This document shows positions 47,741 to 60,300 of a stretch of 64,000 nt of DNA, piece by piece (the first letter of the stretch is position 1; every line of letters starts with the position of its first letter). The DNA lies in the NCBI GenBank assembly GCA_051294375.1, contig CM119264.1:15398228-15462227 (forward strand), written 5' to 3'. Below the pieces are notes generated by a model. That model saw nothing but the letters and a program-made list of their open reading frames with translations. It ran no database searches and was not told the DNA's origin. The position numbers were made by a program, and so were the translations under genes. This DNA comes from Paraspadella gotoi (lineage: Eukaryota; Animalia; Chaetognatha).

Positions 47741-50700
47741 AAAATCTTAAAAGCATAAGGATCGAGCCAGCTTTCGATGGTAACCAAATATTGATGCAAT
47801 GATAACCAAGTATTGATGCGATGATAACCAAATATTGCTGCGATGATAATCATTCATTGATGCGATGATAGTCTTTCATTGACGCGATCAATCATTCATC
47901 GTAATTTTTTTTTTTGTTAATACCAGAAAAGGCAATGCCTGACAAAAAAAATATATATAAATATATTTTAAAAAATGTCACAACCGTTTACAATTGTTAA
48001 TGCCTTTTTTGTTTTGTTTGCTAATTAAAACTTCTTCCAAAAAAAAGAAAGACAAAAGAAGTTACAATTGTTTACAATTAGAAATAGTTACAATTTTTTT
48101 AATTGGAAGTTGTAAAAGTGTATATTTTTATTTGTAATAATAATCATCATCATCAAGTACTTTTAAAATCACATGTTTCATATTGATTCAAATATTTCTA
48201 TTTTATTATGATTTACTGCAATATGAAAATTAAAATAGTTAACTATATACTAATAGTTAACTATATACTAATTTGATATTGCAGTAAGTACTATAATCTA
48301 ATTTGCATATTGCAGTAAATTATAATGAGGTAGAAATTCAAACAAAAAATACTTTAATCGATATGAAACAAAGAAAATGGACACACATTTCAACTTCCTT
48401 ACTACCTCACTAATGGAACTTGATAACTAGATACATTGTTTGGTAGTTATACCATAAACCGGCAAAAATAAGTAGTAAAAAAATGATCGGCATATAGCAT
48501 ACAATCCGGCATATTCAAATTGTAAAAAAAATTTTTAAGTTTTTTGATCAAGAACGGACAGAGTATGAAAACGACTTCCTCTGGCAATGTAAATCTGAAT
48601 TAAATATGCTATTTGCTTATTATATTATTTATTTCTTTGATAACAATCATGTTAATTCCTATTACAGAGAGAGAGAGACAGAGAGTGTATGAACACTAGT
48701 GGGTTTGTGCGACTTCGAAATCGGAAATCTAATTTGACGCCGTCGATCAAATAAGAGAGAGAGAGACGGAGAGAGAGAGAGAGAAGCTGCCCCGCAACGG
48801 CAACAAAATCTAGGCCAAGTAAGTTATTGTATTTTGGGATTTTGTATTGAGAAAAAAGCGCGGAATAAATGGCGATAATAAAAGTTTTTAAAATAAAAAC
48901 AAGTTTGAGCAAACAATGTCGGAACTGCCCACGATCATTATCGGTAATTAATTAATAATTAATTCAAGTTATATTATTATTCATTTAATTAATTAATAAT
49001 TAATTTATTCAAGTTAATTATTTAATTAATTAGGCAATTTATTAATTAATTTGATCTGAAATGTTTGTTTTGATTGATTGATTAATTATAGATTAATTGA
49101 CTAATTGATTAATTAACTGATTAATTATTTGATTAATTTTTACGTCTTGCATTTACATTTAAAATATAAAGAAAAAGAAGCATAATCAATTAGTGAAATA
49201 GTTTCTTTGTTTTTTCCATTTAAACTCATTTCCACTTGGACGATTCCATCGAAACTTCATATACAGCTCAATCACACACAAAATTCCATTCCAATCCATC
49301 CATCCAATCACGAGTAATTGGTGTTTTTTGCTAAGGTGGGATGGACGGACGGATGGACGGACATCGTTTTTTTTGCATAATATAATTTTGAATTATAAAA
49401 ATAATCAGAATTTTTCAAAAAACGAATGTCCACAAAAGAGATCGTACAGAGAGAGACACTCGGAGAGAGACGGAGAGAGAGCCTGAACTCGTTTTTAAAC
49501 GATTCAGAAAAGGCAGCGCCTGATCAAAACTTTTTTTTTAGAAAGAAAAAAATAATTAGAATTTTTCAAAAAATGAACGATCACGCAAGAGATCGTACAG
49601 AGACAGAGAGAAAGAGCCCGAACTCGTTTTTAAACGATTCAGAAAAGGCAGCACCTGATAAAAAAATATATATATATAATTTGAATAAATAAAAGAAAGG
49701 CAAAAAATGTTACAATTGTTTACAATTAGAAATTGTTACAATTTTTTTCAATCATAGCTTGTAAAAGATTTTATTTTTATTTGTATTAAAATTAAGATAT
49801 AGCTTCTCATTAAAAAGGTCCTTTGATTTTCCATTTTTAATATAGATTTTTTTTTTAAATTTTGAATTTCATCTTCAATATTATATACTGTGAAAGAGTC
49901 TTGATTGAAAACTTGCAGGGACCTGCTATGTCATTATCTTGTAAGAGTGATGGAGGCCTTAAACCACCAAAGCCTGTCCAAAGTCAGGGGCAAGATAGCT
50001 TATTTATTAAATGAATGGATAATTTTTATATTGGTTGTACCAATTTCATAAAATTCAGCTCCTTGTATTTTGATGCTAGTGCGGAGTACAATAAGTATTC
50101 CCCGATCTAATACTTAAGGGAGTGGTCTTTTCATACAATTGAAACATTCTTTGAAATATTTTCCACTTCATTGATAGGGAAGCCAGGTACTCTGGGAGTG
50201 AATAAACGAGACTGTGAGAGAGTCTTGATTGAAAGCTTGCAGGGACCTGCTATGTCATTATCTTGTAAGAGTGATGGAGGCCTTAAACCAACAAAGCCTG
50301 TCCAAAGTCAGGGGCAAGATAGCTTATTTATTAAATGAATGGATAATTTTTATATTGGTTGTACCAATTTCATATAAATTAGATTAAAGCATTTCTATAC
50401 ATTAATTTGATATTATAATGAGTACTATAATCTCATTTGCATATTGCAGTAAATCATAATGAAGTGGAAATTCAAACAAAAAATACTTAAATCCAAATGT
50501 AATAAGAAAATATCAAAGCTATTTCAAGATGAGAAGCCATATCTAAATTTTTAACTTACTATGATCGCACACTTTTGTAAAACTTTATCATAATTCATAA
50601 TAATTTTTATTTTAAAAAAATGGTAAGTCCCAGCCAAACCTATAAAAGCGTAGTAGTTTTTATATAAAATCAGCGTGACGAGTGACGACGACGACGTCAC

Positions 50701-50762
50701 AAAAAAGAAATCCTAAATCATTATAGAGCCAGGACCCGGCGACGCCGGTCCTGGCTCGATAA
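47741..50762 (-). mobile_element. HINE family 3, nested in a family-2 copy (~46570-51760)
   Basis: 5' subTIR ATCGAGCCAG with GC-rich hairpin at 50726-50757; 3' CTGGCTCGAT plus CCTTATGCTTTTAAGAT (47741-47770). The flanks rejoin into family-2 internal sequence as seen at 24981-25025. 22-bp tandem repeats at ~47775-47890. Confidence 0.75.
49887..50374 (+). repeat. 324-bp tandem repeat (1.5 units); related copies at ~31465-32620 and ~23233-23340 (minus)
   Basis: ACTGTGA at 49887 and 50211, and CATA ending at 50050 and 50374, give period 324. Confidence 0.9.
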
Positions 50763-50973
50763 CAAATTTCTCTCTCTCTCCAGTGCTGATTCATCGGGGA
50801 AAAAAACGAGTCTGCAGTTGGCTCTGCAGGGGCTCTTTCTTTTTCTCTCTTTTCTCCTGCTACTTCTGCTGCTGCCTTTTGATTTCTTTCTTTTTTTCTG
50901 GCTGCCGCTGCTGATTCGTCCGAAAACGATTTGCCTTCTCTCTCTCTCTCTTTCTCTCTCTGCGTTTTTATTA

Positions 50974-51610
50974 AACAAGTTTGAGCAAACATTGTCGGAT
51001 CTGCCCACGATCATTATCATTTTTGATCCGAAATTTTTGTTTTGATTGATTGACTGATTAATTAATTATTGGATAATTAATACATCTTGCATTTACATTT
51101 AATATAAAAAGAAAGAAGCATAATCAATTAGTGAAACAGGTTTTTTTTTCATTTAAACTCATTTCCCCTCAAACGATTCCATCGAAACTTGATTTCCAGC
51201 TTAATCACACACTTTCCTACCCAATTATAAAATTTTAGATTAATCGCCCTATCCACTAATGAGTAATTGGTGTTCAAATTGTGAAATTAATTTTTTTTGG
51301 TTTTTCCATTTAAACTCTTTTCCATTCGGACGATTCCATAGAAACTTCATATCCAACTCAAACACACACTTACTTACCCAGTACCCCCACACAAAATTTC
51401 ATTCCAATCCATCCATCCAATCACGAGTAATTGGAGTTTTTTTGCTAAGGTGGGACGGACAGACTGACAGTTTTTTTTGTCTAATTTATCTTAATTCATA
51501 GTTCTGACATGATTAAAGTTAATGCCCGACAGGATTGGGGGGGCGAACTGACGGACCAACCAAGTGAATTATAGAGTCGGGATCTGCTGATAAGCAGATC
51601 CGACTAAAAA
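50974..51610 (-). mobile_element. HINE family 1, short complete copy
   Basis: Both diagnostic ends present (AACAAGTTTGAGCAAAC... and ...GATCTGCTGATAAGCAGATCCGACTAAAA). Confidence 0.85.
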
Positions 51611-52113
51611 AAAATGAATTAGGATTGAACTCGTAAAATTAGGCATCGCATTCTATTTGTGCAAGTTATCATTTTGTTTCGCAACATCGTGTTTTTATTT
51701 CGTTTTTATTTCTCTCTCTCTCTTTATGCAATTGCGACGATCCTTATGCTTTTAAGATTTTTTTTTGTTTAAATTTCTATTTCATTATGATTTACTGTAA
51801 TATGCAGGTTAAATTATAATACTCATTATAACATCCAAATTAGTATATAGAAATACTTTATTCTAATGATTGAAAAAAATTGTAACAATTTTCAATTGTA
51901 AACAATTGTAACATTTTTTTGCTTTTCTTTTATTTCTTTAAATTATATATATTTTCTTTCATTTTTTGTCAGGCACTGCCTTTTCTGAATCGTTTAAAAA
52001 CGATTTCAGGCTCTGCAGTGACTGTACAACGGCAGTCCAGCGGCTGTCCAGTAAGGCGTAGTGAAAGTTACATACAAAATTCTAAAAGTTAATTATGAAC
52101 AACATACCATCAG

Positions 52114-52723
52114 TAGAGTGATGTGAAATGATAAAATTTTAGAAAATTAAAATTTAGCATATAAAACATGAACATAAAAACCAATAAAAATATTTTGGTA
52201 AATTTATTTTTTAATTTTATACATTAGTGGGCACCAGTGAGCTATATTTATATATAGTAATAAGTATATAATTGGCTAAAATTTCAAAATACATATTTTT
52301 AAATTTTAAGATCGGATTTAGATTCCTTGCAAAAAGTTATTTATAAGAAGTACAATTCTTTTTTAAAAATTCTTTCATTAATAGTTAAAAATGCAAAAAA
52401 CTATATTTAAGACGCTGATTTTAAATTTCCAGTTTAAAAATATAGTTTTTTGTAATTTTTAACCTACTTAATGACATAATTTTTGAAAAAGATTTATACT
52501 TTCTTTTATTAACTTTTAACGAGGAATCTGAATCGTTTCCAGAATTAAAAAAAAAACCATTTTAAAATTTTGACATTATATAAGGGTAATACTAATATAA
52601 AATAAGCTGACTGGGCTACTATATTTAAAAAAAAAAAAAATAATTACAGATTAGTATTCACTAATATGATAGTTTTCAAGATATAACTGCTAAATTTTGA
52701 TTCCAAACTTTCACTTCACCCTA
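52114..52723. mobile_element. hAT-like MITE
   Basis: TAGAGTGATGTGAAA / TTTCACTTCACCCTA TIRs; perfect 8-bp TSD ACCATCAG (52106-52113, 52724-52731). Confidence 0.88.
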
Positions 52724-53770
52724 ACCATCAGTGAGCATTAATTTGTAAAAACAAGTTTGAGCAAACAATGTCGGATCTGCCTACGAAAATTAATTAATCA
52801 ATTAATTAATTAATTTTAATATTTAATAATTATAAATTTATATACAGCTTATCATCATCGATGTTCTTAAAATAAAGTAAATGTGACTTATATTTTTTCC
52901 ATTTAAACTCATTTCCACTAGCACAATTCCGTCAAAACTTTATATCTAGCTTCTTCACAAACTTTCCTTCCCGCTCACAAAATTTCATCTCAATCTATTA
53001 TGGGTTAAAATAATAAAAGATTCAAGTAAATGTGACTCATATTTTTTTTCATTTAAACTCATTTCCACTCGTACCGAAACTTTATATCAAGCTTCGTGAC
53101 ACATTTTCCTACCACACCACAAAATTTGAACTCAATCTATCCATCCAATTATGATTAATTAGAAGTATTTATTGGTTAAAATAAGTAAAAAGATTTTAGT
53201 AAATGCGACTTATGTTTTTTCCATTTAAACTCATATCCACTCACACGATTCCGTCGAAACTTTATATCCAGCTTCATCACCCATGTTCCTACCCATACAC
53301 AAAATTTCATTCCGATCCAACCAGCCAATCACGAGTTATTGGGGCTTTTTGCTAAGGTGGACGGATGGATGGATTGATTCACTGATTAATTAATTAGTGA
53401 TTAATTAATTGACTAATTGATTAATTAAACTGATTAATTATTTGATTTATTAATACATCCTGCATATACATTTAATATAAAAGAAAAAAAAATCATAATC
53501 AATTAGTGAAACAGGTTTTTGTTTTCCCTTTATCAATTTCCTAAACTATTCCATCGAAACTTGGTTTCCTGTCAATCACACCACTTTCTTACTCACATAC
53601 AAAAATTCCAGGTCAATCGCCCCATCCACTCATCCATTCAAAATATGAATTATATTTTTTGTTTTTTTCCTTTAAATCATTTTTCCACTCGGACGATTCC
53701 ATCGAAACTTTTTCCATATCCAGGCTCAATCACAACATTCCTTACCACACACATTCAAATCCATCCATCC

Positions 53771-54162
53771 TGAAAGAACCCCCTCCTCGACCTAGCGGAG
53801 AGAGAAGACGTCGGGAGAGAAACTGGACTGAAAACCGGACCGCTGGCGCCGTAAAGTTTTAAGTTTCTTATCCACTTGGGAGTCTTTGATATTTAATGGT
53901 ACCTTAATAAAATAATCAAAGCATAATAGATATTCATACAGACCAATATAATAATACTAACTTAATGAATAAAAGAAGCAATAGTAAATAAACAAAATCC
54001 ACAAAATCCATAAGCGTCCAACAAATGTTATTATTTTAGAGAAGAGTTCCCGTTTCAGAGCAGAATCTGGAATGACCGCAAAAGAGAGAAAGAAGACCAA
54101 CGTCGATATCTCCTTTATAAAAGAGCATCTGAGTTGTAGATATTTTTCGTCTGGACTTTACA
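53771..54162 (-). mobile_element. Solo LTR (family of 1862-2259 and 3580-3968)
   Basis: Full-length third copy splitting the HINE-1 motif CCATCC|AATCACGAG; probable 4-bp TSD ATCC / A-CC. Confidence 0.88.
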
Positions 54163-54877
54163 ACCAATTCCATGAGTAATGGTGTTTTTTGTTAAGGTGG
54201 GACGGACGGATGGACGGACATCATTTTTTTGTATAATTTATCATAAATTCGATGTTCTTGACATGATATTAAGTTAGTGGCCAGACAATATTGAGGGGTG
54301 CGAACCGACGGACCGACAAAGTGAATTTTTATAGAGTCGGGAATCTGCTGATAAAAATTAATTTTTGTTTTTAATTTTCGCAGTAGGCATATTTTATATA
54401 ATAGTACTATCCTTATAAAATTTAATATATAAAAAGTTAATTTCCACCTTAAAATATAGCTTTTTCTAATTTTTGACCTACTAGTATAAATATGGCCTAC
54501 TGCGTAAATTGTAAAATTTATTTTAAATTCTTTTATTATATAAATGTTCATTAGTATAATGTTGTTCGTTCCTTACTTTTAGAATTTTAATTAAAGTTAA
54601 ATTTAGGAATTTTACTACGCCTTACTGTCCAGCTTTCTCTCTCTGTCTGTCTGTCTCTCTTTATCTCTGTTTCTCTCTCTCTCTGTGTGTCCGTCTCTCT
54701 CTGTACGATCTCTTGCGTGATCGTTCGTTTTTTGAAAAATTCTGATTATTTTTTTCCTTCTAAAAACTTTTATTATCACCATTTATTCTGCGCTCTTTTC
54801 CCAATACAAAATCCCAAATTTCCATCCGAGATTTTGGTGGATTTATTCTTTCTCTCTCTCTTTCACTCATACATGCA

Positions 54878-55100
54878 TTTGTTTGTTTTATTTACGATGT
54901 GAAGAGACAGTAATTATTGATAAGTGTTAATGACAGAACCGTTCAATATAAGCAGTCCCTGAGCTTCGGATTAGGCTGTAACACCATGTTACAGGCGGGT
55001 TAAGCGCCCCGTCCCTCTTAACTGCCAGACGACCACCGGGCTAGAACCCCGGACCTTTGGGTTGGGAGGCGAATGACTTGCCTCCGGCACCAATGGCCGC
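54878..55100 (-). mobile_element. tRNA(Gly)-derived SINE candidate (tRNA-like head 55029-55100)
   Basis: 72-nt head with acceptor-like stem GCGGCCA/TGGTCGT, A-box-like TGGTGCCGGAGG, CTCCCAA loop and B-box GGTTCTAGCCC. Anticodon stem does not pair; unrelated body and A-rich tail AAATAAAACAAACAAA follow. Only one copy in the window. Confidence 0.65.
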
Positions 55101-56129
55101 TGATGAACGGTTGGTGGATTTTAGTCCACCATAGATGATTCATAGCGTTATTGAATGATTAAGATCGCATCAATTATTGGTTATCATCAAATTAATAATC
55201 AATTACTATTACATCAAACATTCGTTTTTTACTAGATTTTTTAAAAATTGGGTATTGATTATGAAAAAAAAAAATTGTTGGTTATATGGACCATTTTTTC
55301 GTTATCTTAATATAGTTTTATCCAGCCAGGCTTATGCTAGATAATGACTTAAAAGCAGAATAACACATTATGTTTATAAAATTGAATATTGTAGGAAACT
55401 ATCAGAATTGTTATCATACAATTCTTAGTTTGTTTTATTCATAAAAGAATTTTAAATGTTTATATTTTTTTCTGTTAAGATCACAAATTAAAAATCAGAA
55501 AACATTACCGTCATTTATCATCGGATAAGCTCATTACCGCTTAATTATCTTGTTCTAAATTTTGACCTACTTAATGACAAAATTTTTGAATACAAATTAT
55601 ATTTTCTTATATTAACTTTTTGCGAGGAATGCAAATCCAGGAATAAAATTTTAAAATTATTATTTTTTAATTTTAACCTAATTTTTAACTTCATAATTAC
55701 TAATTAAATATAGCTAATTAACTTTTTATAAAAATATAAAATTTATAAATAAACTTACCAAAAATATTTTTATATTTCAAAAGCTCATGTAAATTTGATA
55801 AAATATTAATAATTTGATTTATCATAACTTATAATTGTTTTTCTTTTTTATGACAATTTTATATACATTAAAAATCATCATTTTCAACAAAAAGATAAAA
55901 TTATACAAAAAAATGGTCATCACCATCGAATTCTACAGACTTGTTATTTTTAAACGCCCTAATAAACAAGCGACTATAAACTACCGCGACATTTGTTTTT
56001 CCACACAGATCCTCTTACTTAAAATTGTTAAATGCAGCGCTCGTACCGACGGGATTGGGTGATTGCAAGAACGATATCAAGATTTGAAATGTGAATTGTT
56101 AGTGTGATAGAATACACAATCTCGTTCCC

Positions 56130-56336
56130 ATGGCGGCGTTAATAGAAACAAAGTCTAAAAGAGACTCAACTGAAACTTCTTCCCCGGCACCCGAGTCCCC
56201 TTCTGAAGAACTGCCGTCCGTAGATGGCGATTGCTCGGACGAACATTTTAAGTTTAAGGAAGAAATCGATGACTCGGTGGAGCAAGAAGCATCAATTTCC
56301 ATCACCTCGCCTTCAAAGATTCCTGGAGACTCCTTG
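56130..56336 (+). CDS. Candidate first coding exon of an unidentified gene (acidic, Ser-rich N-terminus)
   Basis: Non-repetitive, more GC-balanced island; cccATGG start; MAALIETKSKRDSTETSSPAPESPSEELPSVDGD...IPGDSL then TTG|gtataa donor-like site. No family recognised. Confidence 0.5.
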
Positions 56337-57359
56337 GTATAATTGATTTTAAAAAGTTTCTTTCTATCCCAATTATGCGATTGCATGACCAGAAAGTGTG
56401 TGTTACTGTTAGACGAGAATCTCGCTTTAAAAAAAATTCAACATTTTTTTAAAAGAGATTTCCGTTAAAATCTGACTACCCAAATTGCAAACGCGATTGC
56501 CAGAAATTCGGGTAAAACAGTTGTAAAAATGAACGTTTCCGATAGCGTTAAATCTTAAGAGCTTGTCAAATTCGTCTTATGGCATTTGTTAAAGGATTTA
56601 ATATCAAACAAGCCAGGGGAAATGCACTCGCTCATCTCCGGAGAATTTTCAAACCTCGTTTTTACTATAGAAATGAATGGGAAATTTTGCATTTCAAAAA
56701 TTGCAAACGGGGTTATGGTATGTTAACGTTATAAATATAACTTCGAATTATGAGATTTGGAAAGCCTCTTGTCTCAAGAGCTTGTCAAATTTTCTTTTCA
56801 TTATTGACCGAACTCTCTGGTTTGACAACATGAAATTTTTATTTAATAAGAAATTAACAAGTTTGAGCAAACAATGTCGGATCTGCCTACGATAATTAAT
56901 TAATCGATTAATTAATTTTAATTATGTAATAATTAATTTTAAATTTATATTCAACCTATCATCATCGATGTCCTTAAAATTGGGTTAGGACAGTTATTAA
57001 AATGTTTTGTTACATTTTATCAAACAAACAAAATATCCTCTATTTTATTTTATGTCTCCTTCTCTCTCTCTCACTCTCTCTCTCTCTTTTTATGCAATTG
57101 CGACGATCTTTATGCTTTAAGATTTTTTTAACTTGCATCATTTTTTCACATTAATTAATTAATTAATTAAAACATTATTAGTAATCATAATTTAAGATTC
57201 AAGTAAATGTGACTTATGTTTTTTTCGTCTAAACTCATTTCCATCTGGCACAATTCCGTCAAAACTTATATATGTATATATTATTAATATAAATATTTAA
57301 AAGCTTCAGTGCAACAACCCAATGAACTTAATTCAAAAAGCTGTACAGTGGAAAATCGC

Positions 57360-60300
57360 AGGAGGAGGAGAAAGGAAAAGAAAGTGGTGGGAGCAGAACA
57401 AGAAGGGAGTAAAAGTGGGCAAGGTTGGGCCCGCCCTTGTACAGAGATAGAGCTGCAAGGGTGAGTGTAAACAAGGAGCGGAAGAAGAATGGTGAGGGAG
57501 GGAAGAGGTGCAAGTGTATGTTGAGGCAGGGGAGGTGAAAATGACACAAACGGTGTGAGTGCCGCGCAAGGTATGCGCGGGCGCGCTGCGCCTCGCGCGT
57601 ATGTGGTGGGCGAAGTCAGTAAGCCCAAGTCGCGGGGTGCGGGGAGGTGAGCGAACAAAGCGGTGATGACGTAAAAGGCAGAGACGGCCGCAAAGCGGGC
57701 CAGGCGCCAGAGCCGGTAGAGGCATGCATTGCAGTAGTATGTCAAGCGCGCGGGCAAGGTGCAACGCATCCGGTAGGCGCATGGTTTGCAGCAAGGATGG
57801 TAGGTAAAATGTGGAAGACGTAGAGCGGAATGGACCCTGGCCGCGGAAAAGTGCAGAAAAATGAGAAAAAGGTGTAGAGGAATGGTGGGAGCAATGTGCG
57901 GCGTAAACCCAGTTGGCCATAGGAGACGTGATACGAAGTAGGGTACATGTGAGGCCAGGCAGGCGATGCCAACAGAGAAAAAACAGGAGGAAAAAAAGGG
58001 GGAGCGAGGATAGGCAAGGTATGAAAGTAGCGAGTAAGATGAAGAGAGGAGAGTTGGGATATGAGGTAGAGGAAGGTAGTGAGGATGGGAAATGGGCGTG
58101 GAAGGGGGAGTTGGAAAGCGGTGGGTATCAAGGGTGGCCAGTAGGTGACCGATTGAGCGAAAGCACGGAGTAATGGGGTACGGGAACGAAGGAATGAGAC
58201 AATGGGAGAAGACAAGCTAGATGGAGTAGTAGAGGGTAAGAAGGAACGGAAAGCAACAAAAGAGGTGAATAGGTGGAGGGATGGAAAAAAATCTCTGGTG
58301 CAAGTTCCTGCATGGGGGTGAAGAAAAAAAAAAGCGGGTGGCAATCGTCGCAGTTGAAAGGCGAGTGTGTGGCTGATGGAGAGGAGGAGAAAGTACAGTA
58401 AACGAGGTAGAGTGTGAGAAAGTAGTAGTAGGCGTAAACACGATGAATAGTGCAAGAAGTGGAGGAGAGTGACAATGAATAAAACGTGCGAAAAGTTACG
58501 CGAAGTAAAGAGCGGGCAGCGGTAGCGGAAATGTCAGTCGGAAGCCGAAGGGGCGAAGGTGAGGAGCCAGAGTAAAAGTCGACCGGGATCGCGCAGGGGG
58601 AGAAGGCAAAGTCGAAGTAAAAAAGGGGGTGAAAAGGTAAAGGAGTGGATGTGGGCGGGGACGCATCGGGAAAGGCGGGGACGGTGGGGAAAAAAAGCGG
58701 AATGCAGCGTGGAGACACGAGTGGAAAGTAGAGGGAAAGGAGGACGAACGCGCGGACGAAACAACAAGCCCGAGGTGGGGGTGAATTGAGTAGTGGTGGG
58801 ACGCAACATCAAGAACACGCAACCAAACAAGAGGCGGTGTGTACCGGCCAAGGGGTGAGGAGTCAGGAGACAGTGAGTGGCAACTGAGGGGTAATGAGGA
58901 AGGGTGCAAAAAAAATGCCTGACGAGAAACGATGCAGAAACAGAGGAACCAAAAAGCGTGCGAAAAGCCCACCCCGGTCGTGGGATAGTGGGCGCTTCCA
59001 GAGAAGAGGGGTTCCCCGAAGCGGACGCCCGGGGAAAACTGCGTGAGAAGTGGCCGAGCGGTAGCGCCGCGGTGACTGTGGTAACTGGGTAAAGAAAAAA
59101 GGGAACCAAAAGTGGAGGACGAGGCACGGGCCAGGAGTGCGGAGCAGATGCAAAATAAACCAAAGTAAAATGGAAAGAAAAATGGGGGAGAGCCGGCAGA
59201 CAGATGCGCGTAGCGGAGTGCCGGAAAGCGGAGGTTGACGAGTGGAAAAGCACAACATAGGTGTAAATGGCTGGGTGACAGAGGAGTGGATAGTGGAGTA
59301 AAGCCCTGGAGTTGATATGAGAAAAATGAGTCGCAAAAGATGGGGCCGGAGCGCTGTACCAGTGTGTCAGTCGGAAGTCGGATGGTGGTGAGGACAAAAA
59401 GTGATGGGATGGGTCAAGATAGCAAAAAAGGGCAGCCCGTGCAGAGGCCAATACGGAGCGGAGGGAGGGGGACAGTCGAGGGGGTACCTGAAGGGGGTCC
59501 AGAGCGGGGACAGTGAGGTGGGAGGCAGAGTGGTAACGAAAAGCTGCCATGGAAAAAGGTCGGCGCGAGGTGGGTAAAGAACGGACGTAGGACGCCGAAA
59601 TGGGAGAATGGGAAAAGGGGTCGAGGACAGGTGCGTGAATGGCACGAGGAGTGGAGAAGGGAGGAGAAAAACAATGGGTGAGCAACGAAGGGGGTAGTGA
59701 GGAAGACAGGGGTGACGCGGAGGGTAAGGGCGTGCAGCAGGAGACAAGCAAGAAGACGTCGGGAACAGGAGCGGTGAGATAGAGATAAAAAGAAGAGAGA
59801 GAGGAGAGACAGAAAAAAGAGGGAGTGGCCACAAAAGAAGGGAGCAAAGGACATGGGGCAGAGGGCCGGAGGACAGGAAGAAGGGAAGAGCATGCGGGAA
59901 GAAGGAAGGGGGACGTGGAAATGTGGAAAGAGAGAGAGAGAGAGAGAAACAGCTGGGTGAGAGAGAAAAGCGGGACAGGGAGTGTGGTAAGGGAGTGAAC
60001 AGAGGAGAGAGAGAGTAAAATGAACAAACTGGAAGAAGGTGTAAATGAAGAGGAACAGTGAAAAAGAAAGGAAGGAGGTAAGAAGGGGAAAGGGAAGAGA
60101 AGAAGGTAAGGATGGAGGCGAATGAGGGAAGGAAAGAGGACGAAAGCGAAGGGAGCAGAAAGAACGCAAAAGGAGCGGCCCCCCCGGGGGGCAAAGGGGG
60201 ACGGGTGGCGAGGGGGTCGGGGTCAGGCGGGGCAAGTGGGCGGAGAAGAGATGGACGGGGGAGGGGGTGACATGGCGCGGAACCGAGGGAGGGAGGCCTG

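Larger units (their letters stand above)
52050..54626. mobile_element. CAGTAAGGCGTAGT MITE with nested hAT MITE, HINE-1 (~52750-54354) and solo LTR
   Basis: 14-bp TIRs CAGTAAGGCGTAGT / ACTACGCCTTACTG; apparent 2-bp TSD TC. Confidence 0.75.

Noticed and set aside
55029-55100. Functional tRNA-Gly(CCC)
   Set aside because: Anticodon stem does not pair, T arm is off-register and no T-run terminator follows; better explained as a SINE head or pseudogene.
55100-55135. CTGATGA followed by hairpin GGTGGA/TCCACC
   Set aside because: No GAAAC or GUH in position; not a hammerhead.
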